A DNA stretch of 64,000 nucleotides, from the NCBI RefSeq assembly GCF_026571515.1, contig NW_026856822.1:1-64000 (forward strand), in the 5' to 3' direction. The DNA is from Ruditapes philippinarum (Eukaryota). The notes beneath the pieces are model-generated. The model searched no databases. It was not told the DNA's origin and was given only the letters and a program-made list of their open reading frames with translations. Positions 1-15,200 of this stretch are shown here, piece after piece. Both the position numbers and the translations under genes were made by a program. The number at the start of each line of letters is the position of its first letter. Position 1 is the stretch's first letter.

Positions 1-574
1 GTTATCTGGGTGTGTTAACATTTAAGGGACCGACTTTAGGGTCCCCCGGGGTTAATCAAACAACGCAAAATTCAGCATTCATTTACCGATTCATTTATTT
101 GGGGTTACGAAGTTGTTACTTAAGTTTTTTTCATGTCACTATCACAAAGTTAATGGCACATTATGTCTTAGATATCATTAAAGAAATTCTTTCTTAAGAA
201 AAGGTAAACATGTGTTAAATTATGTTTTAATAATGGGAATGCTTATCAGAAAATAGCGGTGAATGAGAAACGATTTTCTTTATAAAGGTATAACAAAATG
301 TAAACGAAGTAGTATTATAACTTCCATACAAAATAAGATACTAAATCACTATAACTGTACTAATTGACTCAGATATATGTCAGAGAAATTATAACAGGAT
401 TCCAAAAATAAAAATAAAACTTTTGAGAAAGAACGATTTAGCACTTTTAAGGCTGAAGGACATAAATACATTGCAAAAGTCAAACAAATAGTGATTATTG
501 TAGTATTAAAGTTTCATATGTGTAGAATCTCTTAATATAGCTATGCAGCATAGCAAAATATGTTAATGTGCTCG

Positions 575-850
575 ACATTGTGGATTCGATTTCAGGGCTG
601 GCCAACTAAAATTACTAATCAGTCTTTCGGATGAGACTTCTTTAAATCGAGGTTCCCGGTGTGAGTGCTTAAACACTTGGCACCCTAAAGAACCAGGAGA
701 AGCTTCTGGAATTTGGGCATCTTTCTGTATCTTGCACTTTCCTCCAAAAATATAAAATGACTAATACTCTTCTGGGGGGAAGGGGTAGGGGGTGGGGCTC
801 GCCCATATTGGCAACAGGAGGCGGGTAGAAATAAACTTAAACACACACAA
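575..850 (+). mobile_element. Decayed tRNA-derived SINE with Nin/Deu-like central domain
   Basis: B-box-like GGATTCGATT at ~581, followed by GTCTTTCGGATGAGAC..TTAAATCGAGGTTCCCG..GCACCCTAAAGAACC, which resembles the Deu/Nin SINE domain as recalled; AC-rich tail. Boundaries approximate. Confidence 0.55.
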
Positions 851-1228
851 ATATTTTAACGGCTCCTATTGTAAACTGATGTTGTGGTATAAATCATTGT
901 TAAAAGGTCCGTTTCTAAAAGCCAAAACACATTTATAAGGCTACTTGCTTTAAATTTAACATGATAAACAACAAGTTTTGGTATTCGAAAATTTAACTGT
1001 TGTTCTGTTATATTGTTCATTTAAAAAAATATGAAATTTCTATAACTTTCTTTAAAGCATCACACTTTCATTTGATAGGCTTTATAAAAGAAAAACAATA
1101 CGCTATTTATCAGAAATAGATTTAGTTGTTTAACAAGCCACACAGTAAATGCCAAAGTAAGATGACGTTATTTTTCAAATATAATTTTTTTTGAAATAAT
1201 GAAATCAACAATGTTGTCAAAAGAGTCT

Positions 1229-4200
1229 TTATCTAAGAAATGCACACACGTTTTCCCTGGTCTCTTTTAGGTCGGAATATTTTGTTGCACTTTCCATGAG
1301 CCCTTTAGAATACTGACCATCCTCAAACACCATTGCTTCCGGGGCGTCAAGGGCGTGTGCCTACAATTTACAAAAAACAAAGAGTTTTGTTAATACTTCG
1401 CCCGTACAGTAATCAATGTTAAAACTGATAACGATTCGCCTAAGTTAAAGAAACAATATGCCCACCCACTGTAAATAAATGGTGAATGTACTGATTAAAG
1501 TAAAAATAACTTTTAATTTTTCCATACATGTTTTCATTTTTATATTTGAGCCGCGTCATGACAAAACCAACATAGTGCGTTTGCGACCAACATGGATCCA
1601 GACCAGCCTGCGCATCCGCGCAGTCTGACCAGGATCCATGCTGGTCGCTTACAAACCCTGTTACAAGTTGTGAAACTGATAGCGAACAGCATGGATCCTG
1701 ATCAGACTGCGCGGATGCGCAGGCTGGTCTGGATCCATGCTGGTCGCAAACGCACTATGTTGGTTTTGTCATGACACGGCTCATTTTACTTCACGTGTAC
1801 AATTAGGAACCCATGTGACCCAAAGAAAGGTTAGATATATACGTTGAAATGTTCCGGTAATGCTCAATGTATAAAAAGTGTGGCTCTGGTCTTTTCATGT
1901 TTTAACCAGGTTTTAAACCTTTAGAATTTTAATTTATTGTTTTATTTTATAATTATCAATCTTTTGGAATATATGGTTTATTCAGTTCACCCTGACATTG
2001 AAAATATTGAGCATAACGCCACTTTATAAGTGACGAGTAGCATCAAAATTGTAATAATCATCAAGGCTTCATTTTTTCAGTTCATTTATTTTAACAAAAT
2101 TACGAGTATCTATGAATTTGCTAGAAAATTGGTCAGTTTTCCAAAATACTTCTTTTGTTTTGTTGAATTTTTGAATTAAGAGTTAGCATATTCAGTATAA
2201 CAAGGACATATAATTTTGACCATGTAACTAGCTGTAAAAGGACTGTGCCGTTTGGATAGCCGATAAGGTGAATTGTTATATTATTAGTTATAAAAATATC
2301 TGACAGGTTATATGGTACAGAATAAATGATTGTAATGCTTATATAACCATAGCCGCTAGGTGAGGGTTATATTGCAAACAACCGTTTATATACGATCATA
2401 TAACCTGGTAGCGTCTCTATAAAGAATTTATAGTAGAACATAATTATTTTGTATGTGTAAAAAGGGAAATAACTTTATAAATCTACAACAGCCGTGTATA
2501 TAGATTATATAAACGTCGCGATTATCCAATGAGAAACGGCGTTACAAAAGTGCAGTATTATGAAATTAAAACTACTTTATAAAATGACATGTACAGGATT
2601 TGTGGTTAATATATCAGACAGCAGCGTTTTGCTATATAAACTTTTAAACAAAAGGCTTACATAAATCTGGAAATTAAATAATTTGATAAATCTACCAATC
2701 GAAACGTTAATCTAGCAGTTTATCATTTGAGATTAATTTATTTCCATATGTAACTTTTCAACTTAAAATCTTATCAGCCTTTTCGTTTACAGCTATAGGA
2801 AGATACGAAGATTAATATATCTGTACCATGTTTGTGGTTTTTTGAAGATGAAAAAAATTAACCCATCTAAATCTAAACTTCTAAATAGAATAAGATATCT
2901 TTTTTTTAAAAAATGCAAATAAGTTCAGAGTAATTTTACTTTTTACAAAAAAACCGTATATGCTGAATAAATTCAGTTTATAAATATAGTTTAAACTTAC
3001 TAATTTTGCAAAATGATTTACTTATATTTTGTGTTGCTTTTTTATGGAGCGGATGTTGGATTCGTGACTAAAGTGACGTCATTAATGACGTTATACTTGT
3101 GTTTTTCGTACATTTAACCTTAACAAGAAATCAATATAACCTGACATTTTTGTTATTATAATAATACCAAATAATTCAAATTGACAGACAAAATCTTAAC
3201 TTGTAATGGGCTATTCCCGTCTAAATTTTTACGTATTTTTCTCGTTATTTTGATCATTAAATGTTTCCACCTTTATACAGGTGTGTCAAATATTTCAGTT
3301 CTTGTCCCTTCCCATTCCATGTTATTAAGGACAATGTAAAATATTTGAAAATCTAGGTTGTTTACTACATTGTTTACATCATTGTGCATAACGTGTTTAC
3401 GTTATTTTACGGAAATAGACGGAAACGGGCGGAAACTGACGTAAATGAAATATAAAACATACTTTGATAAAATTTACGACAATGTTGACATCCTCCTCCT
3501 GCGTGGGTCTGAACAATCCAATAAGAAGCCCATGCTTGTAGGTCAGTAAAGCGTATGGCTGAAGATAATAATACAATAGATAAATATTAATAAAAACATA
3601 AACCCATATGCTAATTTATCTAGAATAATAACTATCAAATAACATGTGTTTATATTTCTTTCTTTCTTAAAATTAAGGTGTTCTTTAATGTAATTTTCTT
3701 TTTGTATTCAAACGACATGGGTATAAATAAACGATATGTTTGTACTTGTGTGACTGTGGCTAAATAAACAACTTATTTTGACACAAGTTTTTTGTTTGAT
3801 AGATTAAATTTCATGAACTTGCATAACCTAACAATCTAACAAAGCAAATAAATACAACTACGTTATATTATACGAAAGTTATAAATTCTGAATGCGCTGT
3901 TAGGATATATAAATAGAAGTTAATAAAGAAGTTATAAATAGTTAAAGTTAACACTATGGGCGATGTCTATGGCTATACTCAGTGTAGATCCAAAGCAACC
4001 TTTGGGTGGGGGTGGGGCGTGGGGGTGGGGTCCATACTGTCTGACAATTATCTATACCAATTTCAGTTATCACAGCATTCTATTTCACTCTCTTTAAATT
4101 GATAATGGACTTTTCCGTAACAAATTTTAACAGAACTAGTCCTTAAAATATATATATAATTTTCGTTTTTCATCGTAAGGTTAAAAAGGGCGTTTTCGAT

Positions 4201-7200
4201 GTGTTTTATTGAATTTGGAAATCGAACTTGATTTTCGATGATTGATTAGAATCACCAGTGACAGAAATACACAACGGTTTGTGCCATAAAAGAGGAGACA
4301 TTATTATTCATCTCAAAGATTTTAACAGACTTAAAAGTTGCCTACGTCTGAATAGAATCATTAATTACATAAAAGTTATATCTTTTTAAATGATGTCCTG
4401 CTCCTAAAGGTAATTAAAAAAAATGCAATTTTGCGACTCAAAATGCAACCGTACCTCGTAATTTATGGGGTCAAGGGAGGGTATTATTTATTCATTAAAA
4501 TAAATTTTGAACTCAGAGCTCGGATGAAAATAAACTGTTTACCGCTAGAAGTCAACTTTTGAATGTTTTCAACTTGGATCCTCAAGCTGACTCAAAATTC
4601 AACTTTAGCATAATATTCTTTTTCTATATACATTGTACTTTGACATGGTATCTTTGAGCAGCGTATGCTCGAGACTTTGGATTCTTTCATGTGAGGAAGC
4701 TATCCAGCTAGCTTACGGAACGCAGGTGCGGTGGTTCTGCATGTGTTCGTCTGTGATGAGCATTCGACGCCAAAAATTGAAGAGATACGAGAACTGCCAG
4801 AAGCGGTGGCAGAACATGGGAACGTTTCGTTTCCCTCCGTATATCAACCAAACCAACTATTCTCAAGATGGTTTGAGGAAAGAAACGATAACGTTCCCGG
4901 ATTTCCTCACTGCTGTAATTCTCTAGTGGGTTCGAACGATCCCTAAATATACCCGCCGATCAAATGGTAGGCTTCTTAAATAACGCAACCGACGCTGCCG
5001 TGACACATAGTCAGCCATTTTTCAGAGTGTATTGTGGGATTGATCTTTAAGTTGATCCAACTAAATACGAGGATCAAAATATGGATCAATTTGATCCATA
5101 TTTTCGGATCAGATTTGATCGTAATTCTTTGTGAACACCAACTTTGATCTTGATCCGAAAATTGATCCAAAAACTTGATCTTGATCCAAATATAAGGATC
5201 AGAAATGTTAGTGAACATGGGGCCAGGTGCCCGTTTGTGCCTGAAATAATGCACGGACGGGCACCTGCGGTCTTCCTCCACCAGTAAACCTGGAAAGACG
5301 TCATATGACCTATACTCTGTTCGAACATTGTAAATAAATAAATAAATAAATAGAATTCTCCAAGTTGCTAAAATTTTGGATCCTCCAGCTGGCCCAAAGT
5401 TCAAGGTTCACTCAAAATCTAATTATTTTTTTTTTATTTTTGCATTAACTTTATGTCAGTAGATCTTAGATGTCCGATCTTACTTGTTGTTACCGATCTG
5501 CGGTATGTATCTTTATAATGCTTTGGATTATCTGTATTAAACTTTAATCCTTTGTGATATTGGCTGTCAAACCATGCTGCAAGCCCATATATCAGTTTTA
5601 AAAGTTTGGTTTTGATTAATGTACCTTAATAATGTAGTCATTCAGGGAGTGTTCATTGAAAACATACCCATACATGTCTACACCTAATCAAGTTTCTTAC
5701 ATGTTACATTTAGATAAGCTAAATAAATGGCCCTTTCAATATTTAATCTGGCACAATTTTTAATGAAATGTCTAATTAAGATTGCCCACGATTTATATCT
5801 TTGTCTTTGAAATACTATCATGTTTCTGTAAAATATGTGAATAAAAAAGCGGGAAAATGATGCAATTAGCTAAAAACAATGGAGTAAATGAAATTGAAAT
5901 GTGTACATTCTTTTAAAATGATGGAAAATGTGAGAAAAATATTTTTTGAGCTGGTAAATTGATGCAAATTTTTTATTTGATGAAAGTTATTCACTAAATC
6001 ATGTAAATGAACAAGATCATTTAAAATCCATTTTGACTACTTGAAAAACTGATTTTTAAAAAAAATAATTTTTTGCTCTTCTGTGTATCTGTCATCAGTG
6101 TATTGATATGTTCCTCTGACCAAGATATTGTATACATTTACTAAAATTTACAGATCAGTAACGAAAAAGTCAGAAAATAATAAAAAAAACAACACTATCA
6201 CACCTTCGGGGCACATGTTTTGTGTCAAACCGGTGTTATCAGTGTCTTGACAGCCAAAAACTTGTAGAAAAATAGAACGTGTTCTAACTTTCTTGCAAGG
6301 AATTATCTTCTTGGATGTCACATAATTTCTCTTTAAAACTCATTCAAGTAGGGTGTCTTCATTATCCAATACAAGAGAATATGATACTTGCATTCAAGAC
6401 TTGGATAGGTGTTATAAAAGGATTTGTTATAACGTCAACGTCAAGGTTGTTTCCTATAGAAATAATGAATATGTAAATAAAGACATTATCAAAAAACACT
6501 TTTTTTTTGATAAATTGTCCTTAAATTGTGTATGTTTCTATATATAGGGCATTTATTTATTCATTCATTTTGATGGGTTTTCAGTCAAACTAAAAATGTA
6601 AAGGTCATACGACGACCTTACTGATCTTCAAGCGGGATCTTAGATGCCCTAACGTGCATTATTATAGGGCATGATTGAATAAATTGTCCTTAAATAGTGT
6701 ATTTTCTATATATAGAGCACATTTATTTATTTATTCATTCATTGTGTTGGGTTTTTTTTGCCAAACTTAAACTGTAAAGGTCATACGACGACCTTACTGA
6801 TCTTCAAGCGGGATCTTAGATGCCCTAACGTGCATTATTTTAGGCCATGAGCGGGTCTGGGTAAAACCATCAATCCCCGGTGAATTTGCACGATAGCTGC
6901 CTCAAAAACCTGAAAGTATACGAACATGTGAAAACAGAAAGAAACAACACATTAAATTCAGACTTTTTGTCGTATTTATGTTACGTATTTTCGTTTTTTT
7001 CGCCACATCATGGCGTAAATCAGTCACCATAATCTTGGGTGTGTGTAACTGCATAAAACAAAGCGATTATAAGAACAGTTTGCGACAAATTCATAGAATA
7101 ATCTAAAGCAAATTAATTTTCAATCTCACCATGTTTCGGGTTATATGCCTGTACGGTGTAATGATATGCTTTCCAAGACAGTCTCGAACCAATGACCTCA

Positions 7201-10200
7201 ATGCCGCAAGTTCCGGCTTGTCTGCCATGCATGGGTGGTACAGCAACACGACCGCACCATGCTTTAATGGGAAAACAAACACAAACAGTAATAAAAAGAA
7301 AACAGTTAACATAATATTATGTCGCACTGTTGTATTTCTACAGCATATATTAATCATTTACTTTATTCGTGTACATACATACATACATACATACGTACAT
7401 ACATACATACATACATACATACATGTACGAAAAAATAATCTAAAGATGTATTAGGTTGCCTGTACAAGATTTGTTTATTGATATAAAACTTGTCCTACAA
7501 AACGTAATTCAGTTAATAAAATGATATATGCCTGATGTATTCTCTCCTACTTTTTGGCGTCTATTTCATTAGAAAGCCCTTTTTAGTGGGAATGCTTGAT
7601 TAGTTTTTTTTTCAGCATGACTTGATTGTTTCGTGATCTGTCTAATTACTTTCTCTAAAAGTTTTATGCTAAACTATGACTCCACAAACACTAATAATCT
7701 AATATATAGAAAAGTCTACCTCTAAAGAATGAACCCATCTTTGCGGCGGAAGGTATTTATATTCTCCAAACATTGGCCACAATGGACGATGGCTTCCACT
7801 GAAATAAAAACAACAACAATTTTATCAGATTACCACTTTCGACTTCCCTTCGCGGCGTGCATGTCGCTCGGAAGGCATATGTCACACCAGATGGGTGACC
7901 TAGTTAGGTCACTTAGCTGGTGTGACCTAACCAACGGCGAAGGGTGTGGCCCTAAAGAGAGCTGCTGCTCCCGGAAGAGGTGCCTTTCCTCTATTGTCAA
8001 CCATTGTTCAAGAAGCGAAGAAACGGGTCCTAGAGAAGATCTACGACGAACGACAGCATGAAAAGACCTCCGTTGCGGCTCTACGATCGACGACGTTGCA
8101 GGCGAATTAAGTCCTCCGTTACAGGCTCTACGACCAGCAATCGTAACAGAGGCCGATAGTCTGGGACATATGGGTTTACCGGCGCCCAGTATAAATAAAA
8201 CTAAAACAACGATCAGTCTAACATTTTAAATAAACAAGCCCAGGATATAGATATCATTATGCATGAAAAGAAGCAAGAGAACGAATGTGAAAACTTCTTT
8301 GCAAAATTGCTCTTCCAAGTGAGATTTTTTTTCGTTAAAATTTCAAACGCTCAGAAAAAAGCCTAAAAAACCTTGAATATGAATTTCTTCCATAGATTGG
8401 CTAGAACAATTAAAACTGAAAGAATATGCAAAAGATCACGTTGAAAAATACTGAGAAATAAATTCTTTGCACGATTTTATTGGAAAAAAAAGCGTTGCAA
8501 CGCTTTTCGATTTTTGAACATTTTTCACAATTAGAATAATCATTCTTGAAAAACGGAGTGGTGATATGAAATATGAAATTTTTCACACACGTTATTTTTC
8601 TAAACCTACATCAAATGGAATATTAATATTGAAAAAATATTTCCAGTCCCGTCATTCCAACAAACCTCAGTGGAGTTTTTAATGTGAGTTGGCCTAATGG
8701 AATATCTGTATTACAATGAATAACAATGTTGAATGTATTTAGATCCAGACATTTCAATAAACCACGAAATAATTATTAAGGAAGTTGTTGTGAAGTGTGA
8801 GATATATGATCCGATATAACATATATATGTAAAGCAGATAATAAAATGTTCTAGAACAAAAAATATACTATTCATCATATAAATGTTTTTTTAAACCTCT
8901 TAAAGGGACTTCACTGAGGTTTTTCGAATTGATGGAACTGAAAATATTTTTTGTATCATTTGATGTAGGTTACGACCACTAATCTTTGTGCAAAATTTCA
9001 GATCATACGAGCACTTTGTTTTTCCAAATTGATAATATTCAAATTGATAAAAAAGTGACCCAAAATGAAAAGCGTTTAAACGTTTTTCACTCCAATAAGG
9101 CTAAGAAAAGCATAAAAATACGATTTATTGAATAAAATGTATTTCTTAGCTATCTCTGCATATATTTCTATTTAAAGTGCCCCAGATCATTCATGTAAGA
9201 CATTCAGATGGTATGTTTTTAGGCTTTTAAACCTCAATGGAGTCCCTTTAAGAACTTTATCATTTTTGTCATGCAACTTTTTATAAGAATATCTAAATGA
9301 TACATTTTTTACTGTTCTTATCAATATCTGAAGAAAAATGTGCCCATTGTAGTCCTATCCACTTTTACTATTTTAAACATGTTTTATAACTAGAAATTAA
9401 AGAAGCTATAAAAACTGTACTGATGTTAATTATCTCATTTTACGAATATAAAGAACGTGAATGCCTATATAACACAACTTCTTATTTCAAATTTATATTT
9501 AGAGGAAATTGTGAACAAAATCGTGACATTTGAGAGAAAAATAACGAGTTTTTATTCGAGACATTTTCTAGGGAATTATGGTAATTTTGAGAGACAAAAA
9601 AGCATCAACAGTATATTGAGACATCTACACAATAAAGCAAAAACAGCGTTACAAATATACATTTGGTCGTGAAATGATATGAAAGCAACAACAGCTGCAA
9701 CAACAGCAGCAACAACATAAACAAAAAAATGTTGGAAGAATGAATTGGGCTTTACTCGGGTGTTACACACTTCAAAACAACAACAGGGGTTATAACCACC
9801 CTATCTTATGAAGCTAAGAGATGCATAATATTATACTCCAGTTATTCGTACCTATTAAGTCGCCATGGAAAAACGGCGGCAGCAATTATTATACCTAAAT
9901 CATTAAAGCAACCACAAGGGACACAACAACAAAATACATATAAAACGCAAACACATAACAAAATAAATATTATAATGCTTTTTATATCGCCTATAACCAA
10001 ATTATTGAAAGTGTAAGAAATTGGTTTCGTAGATTTGTGTATGTACAGGCGATGACTTGTCGCGACGGCAATTATCAAAAGTAGCCAGACTAAATCGGTG
10101 ACAAGCCTTCAAGAGTTGTCTCCTCGTTACGGCCGTGAATGTATGGGTAATTGAAGGAGACAACAAAAGACGACGCAAAACGACAAATGAATAGAATATT

Positions 10201-12243
10201 GAGCGTACGTCTTGGTTAAAATCGCCAACAACTATAATTGGCATTATTTAAAATGACCATGAAGAAGACGGAACCAGTTGATGTAAATTGAGGATGAATA
10301 ATTGGCTAGTTGTATATAAGATCAAAGCTAGATTAAATTCTCGGAAATCGGCTACAGTCTTGAATAATTGGTGCATAATGCTTCCCCCACACCGTCTCCG
10401 TTCCTCTAAATACGTCAAAACTTGTAAGAACACAAAAGTCGTACTTTAAGCATAACTGGGGTGACAAAGCAGTCCGAGAGAAATCATCTAGTATTCTTGT
10501 TTTATTGACAAGACACTTCTTTTGCAATGATGACAAAGCTGAAAATGCTTCGAAGTATGAAAATAGAATTTACAAATGATAATTATGTAACAAGTTACTT
10601 AAATTATTTCACAGAAAACATGAAATTAAAGCATTACTGAATAACATAATGTCAAATTTAAATAATAACTGATAAAGGTAATAGATAACAGGCGAATACA
10701 AAAAATTAATTTGAAAAAAATTAAACATATCATAACATAAAAGGCAACAGAAAAATAAAACAACAAGAAACAGAAAGATCTAATTATATATATAAAAAAA
10801 CAACACCAGCAACATTAACATATTAACAAAACAGGCAAAACTTACGGTATATAACGAATGCTTATTATATCAAAGAAAATAACATCACAAAAACAACAAA
10901 AATAGAAAAGACAAATTCATTACATAATTGATTCATATCAATGTTAAAACAGAGAACAACACATATAAAAAATTGAAATCAAACACTTAACGACATTACA
11001 TGTCATAAATGAACAACATAATTATCAGACAAACAGAACATTACAGGAAACACTACCACCACCATCAACAACAAAGATAACACTCTCTTACCTTAATGGC
11101 AGTGGTGTTTTATATCGTATCGGCGTATTCAAACAAACATGTATTGGCTGAAAACATTAAGATTATATTTATGGAAAATGCATGTTAAAATAATGTAGAA
11201 CTGTAGGCCAAACACTAATTTGGAGAATCTAAATGTTAACTTTCACATAATTTGAGATTTTAAAATCGTTTAACGCGATAAAAGAAAGCACGCCGGTTGC
11301 ATTACATGATGACACTTTAACGTTTCCGTAGAAACTCTGATAAGATGTTCATAATGAAGAAAAAAAATTCGAATTGAAATGTTTCCGAGTTAATGTACAA
11401 TGTATTTAAGGTGTGTAAAAAAAAACAACAAAAAAAAAACAACAACATTAATTTATTTTTTCTATATGTGTTTCAATTGTTTTTCGTTAATAATTATGTA
11501 TTTATTCTTATGTATATGAACTGTACTAGAACTTTGTGTTGCTCTCTGCTATGCACGTGGCTAATTGTATGTAATGTAATTGACATGTATTATCTGTTGT
11601 ATTTGTATGTATGCAAACAGAGAATATGTAAATAAAAACTTGAAAGTGTACAGTTATTTCACGGGTGTTTGTAGAACAGTCAAAACAGTTGCAATAGTTA
11701 AAAATGTTGTCCGGTCAACAGTTCATTTCATCATTGCGCATGCACAGAATTTCAGCGGTCCAATTAAATAGTTGTAAATAAGGAATTGTCTTTATAGAAG
11801 GCATTAGATAATAAATTTGAATATTAAGCGATTTCGGTATTATATTCAAAGCCGATGCAGTAAAACAGTTGGGATTTCGTTATCGAATTATTGATAATAA
11901 GAACAGTACACAGTCTAGTTTTGAAAAGCATTTAAATATTACCTCTTCATGTTTAGTTTCATGGACTTCTATAAAACGTGTTTCATTCTGGAAAGGAACA
12001 AGAAAACAACTACTCACAACAATAGTTTATATTAGAATAACATCTTTCGTCCTGTAACAGTCATTTCCGAACCTTTACTGTTCAGATTAACGTATGACAA
12101 AGTTGTCATTGTCAATTACGTTCTAGGAGTAATGAGTATCTAGACTCATCATCAACAGCTGCCATCATCATCATCAGTTGACATCATCATTAATTGTCAT
12201 CATCACCATACCCACCACTATCACCACCATCATCATCATTATT

Positions 12244-12280
<37 letters not shown>

Positions 12281-15200
12281 CCACCACCACCATCATCATT
12301 TGTCATCATCGTCATTAGCAGCAGTAGTTGCCATCATCATCATCATCATCATCATCATCATTGTTATAGTCATAATAGATCAACATCATTTGTCATCATC
12401 ATCACCATCATCATCACCATTAGCATTGTTAAAGTCATAAACATAATCATCATCAGTTGCCATCATCGTCATTATCTTTGTCATAATCACACATCATCAT
12501 TTTCATTATCATCATTATTATCATCATCATTATCATAATATTCATAATCATCATCATAATCATCAGTTGTCATTTTTATGTTACTGTTATTGTGAACATG
12601 TAGAAATATACAGATTCCTATTATACAATCTAAAAACTTTTTTTTCAAACTTATTTAAGAAACAAAACACGATCTCAAATGATATAGCTTGTCAGTGAAT
12701 GGAGTATTTCAAACACGGGTATTGTCGTATTCTGTTTAGTTTTTGCCACCACTACAAACCAAGACCTGCCAGCAGTCTGGCCAACCTGTTTACTGTTACA
12801 TGCTCAATTTTTGTATTTTGATCATTGAAATCCCTTTAATTTTGAGTGGACTGTTCCAAAATCAAAGCTAGACAAGTCAATTAGGTAAACATAATAGTAA
12901 TAATACATCTTTAAAAGAAAATCATTTTGGAAGGTATGTTTTGGAATATTTCTTGACGAAATGTTTACGTTTACGAATCGTATCTTAAATGATTTATTAT
13001 CTTGAAAAAATGAAAGTTTTTGTGACTTTTTTTTTTAAATGCCGCTTCTCATCGGAAAGGGTTATAGCTTGCACAGGGCAGAAATTGGCTGTCGACGGTT
13101 GAACGGTGTGTTGTTGTTGTTGTTGTTGTTGTTATACGAACAAATTACATGACTCTATACTTCTCATTAAAATATAACTTAATATTCTAATCTTCGAAGT
13201 AGCACTTATTTAGCATATAAATATAAAAGAAAGAGTTAAACAATAATTATAAATGTACAACTGCTTACGTTTACATCGTCAGACGGTAAACACTTTATTT
13301 CTGCCTCGCTTCTTGGGTCCCAGTCCAGTTCTATGCCATGCTGCAGTGATACACAAATAGTAACATTAAAGGCACATAATGCCTCAGAAACGAATAAACT
13401 GAAACTCAAGTCGAACCATTTTCATAAGTGCAAATTGTTATCAAAGCACAGAAAGTACCGGAAGGTAGTGAAACGTTTGAGAGGAGAAATAAAAGCACAG
13501 ATTATTTTTAAAAAAATATGTGGGATCAGGATATATTGGGAATTTTGACAGCAGTTGTTTTAATTGCACTTGAAACAAACAAAACAAAACGTACGTAAGA
13601 CTTTTGCCACGACTTTTATATAGAGGGAAATTGCTACATAAATATGCACGTGACCAGGCTCTATATTGTTAGAAGTATAATTTGTAACTGAAATCCCTTA
13701 ATATTTGAATGGACTGTTCCAGTTTTAAATAAAGACAGACGCATTTCTTAAATTTAGCATTTTAAGCGCTAAGCAGCTCCAAGTAAAAGCTCTGGCCAGA
13801 CGGTATGGCTGATCCGGCTTTGTGAAGACTCATCAAGTCTTAAGCGCTAAGAATGCCAGGAAACAAATTTACAGGTTAAGAGTAAAACAATGACGAAGTT
13901 ATACATACGACGCCGTCGTCACAAGGGGTAAAAGGAATTCCCATCTTGACACCGTGATCTGGATCATCTAGACGAAAGGGTTTGAGGTCGGCAGGTAAGT
14001 CTTTAAAGTCTGAAATGAGAATCATCTAAGATCAGTATCCAGCATAAAAATAACGTGCAACATTAAAAATTATAAACTACCAAATTTTTTTTATAAAAGG
14101 CGATGAAAATGGACTAAACGGTTTTTCTGAAACAAAATACAATATGTAGGGCAAGCATAATTATCACAGTTTAATTTAGAACCTCAAACTCCCCATTTAA
14201 AGGTAAAAATGACAATTTTTCATGCGAGTTTTCAAGTTTACCACAGAAACCCGTAACGTTTTCCAGGAACTCCGTGACAGTTATCATAAGACCTCCAAGT
14301 TATCATAAGAACCCCACCCTTCGTGTCACAGTTCCTTCCCCGTGTGTGTGGGAAGGTGCATTCCCTATTACAGATCAAGTAAAATTGGTTCTTTCTTTAA
14401 AAAAACTGGCAGTTTTTTAATGACACTATATATTCATATTGTACCCTCATATAGTGTAGAATTTAAAACATAGGCTAACATATCTTTTATATGTGAAGTC
14501 GAAACATGTTGATTTTATATTTACAAAGACACTGTGTTGAATCTTTCAATATTTTTGATATCAAATTTAAGCGTAATATATTTTTAAGTATTATTCACCT
14601 TTATTCTACCAGCAATTCTGAATCAATGGCATTGTTTTTTTATATTAAAAAATCATGCTTTTACGAATCGATTCTGAGACGTCTGCTTCTTTTGAACGTT
14701 ATTTAATTTCAAACAATATCCGATTGCTTTTTTGCAGACTCCATTATTTAGATATCTTCAGAAGAACTTCTCTCTATTGCCGTGAAATTATTTTACGCCA
14801 GTATTTTACGCAGGGGACCTTAAATTGCCGAAAGTTTCAGTAATTCTAATTTTCTCCCAGAAATCCCCAGATAGATTATGTCTCATTCAACAAAATTATC
14901 TTGCAATTCTGATCATTCATTCTATAAATTATGAACCGAGGCTTGTCTTAAAATTGAACAAGTAGATATTAACAAAGCCTTAGGGGAAAATACACAACAG
15001 ATGAAAGTATAAATGTTGACCGTACACACCTGAATTTGTCTAATGGACTTGCGCAGATTCCATTTCTGGAACTGTCTATTATCAATTTTAGGGTAATCAA
15101 GATAAAAAGTTCAAGCTAGCCTGGTCAGACTGAATGCAACAAATTATTAGATTCTATAGAATTTGTATTTATGATAACATTAAAAGGTTAATTTTAAATG

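Noticed and set aside
1592-1774. 60-aa [13 protein letters not shown]...
   Set aside because: It lies wholly within a palindromic MITE.
7820-7950. Hammerhead ribozyme on the minus strand (CGAAA and CTGATAA nearby)
   Set aside because: There is no CUGANGA core in the required position and no UH cleavage site after the candidate stem III.
7729-8061. 110-aa plus-strand ORF
   Set aside because: It is antisense to a real TP53I13-like exon (7798-7720) and runs into a non-coding GC-rich insert.
12194-12538. Poly-Ser/His ORF (also 20819-21174 and 30003-30260)
   Set aside because: These are translations of CAT/GAT microsatellites with no splice or homology support.
13874-13994. Possible plus-strand exon ending CAG|GTAAGT
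   Set aside because: All three frames contain stops and no partner exons were found.
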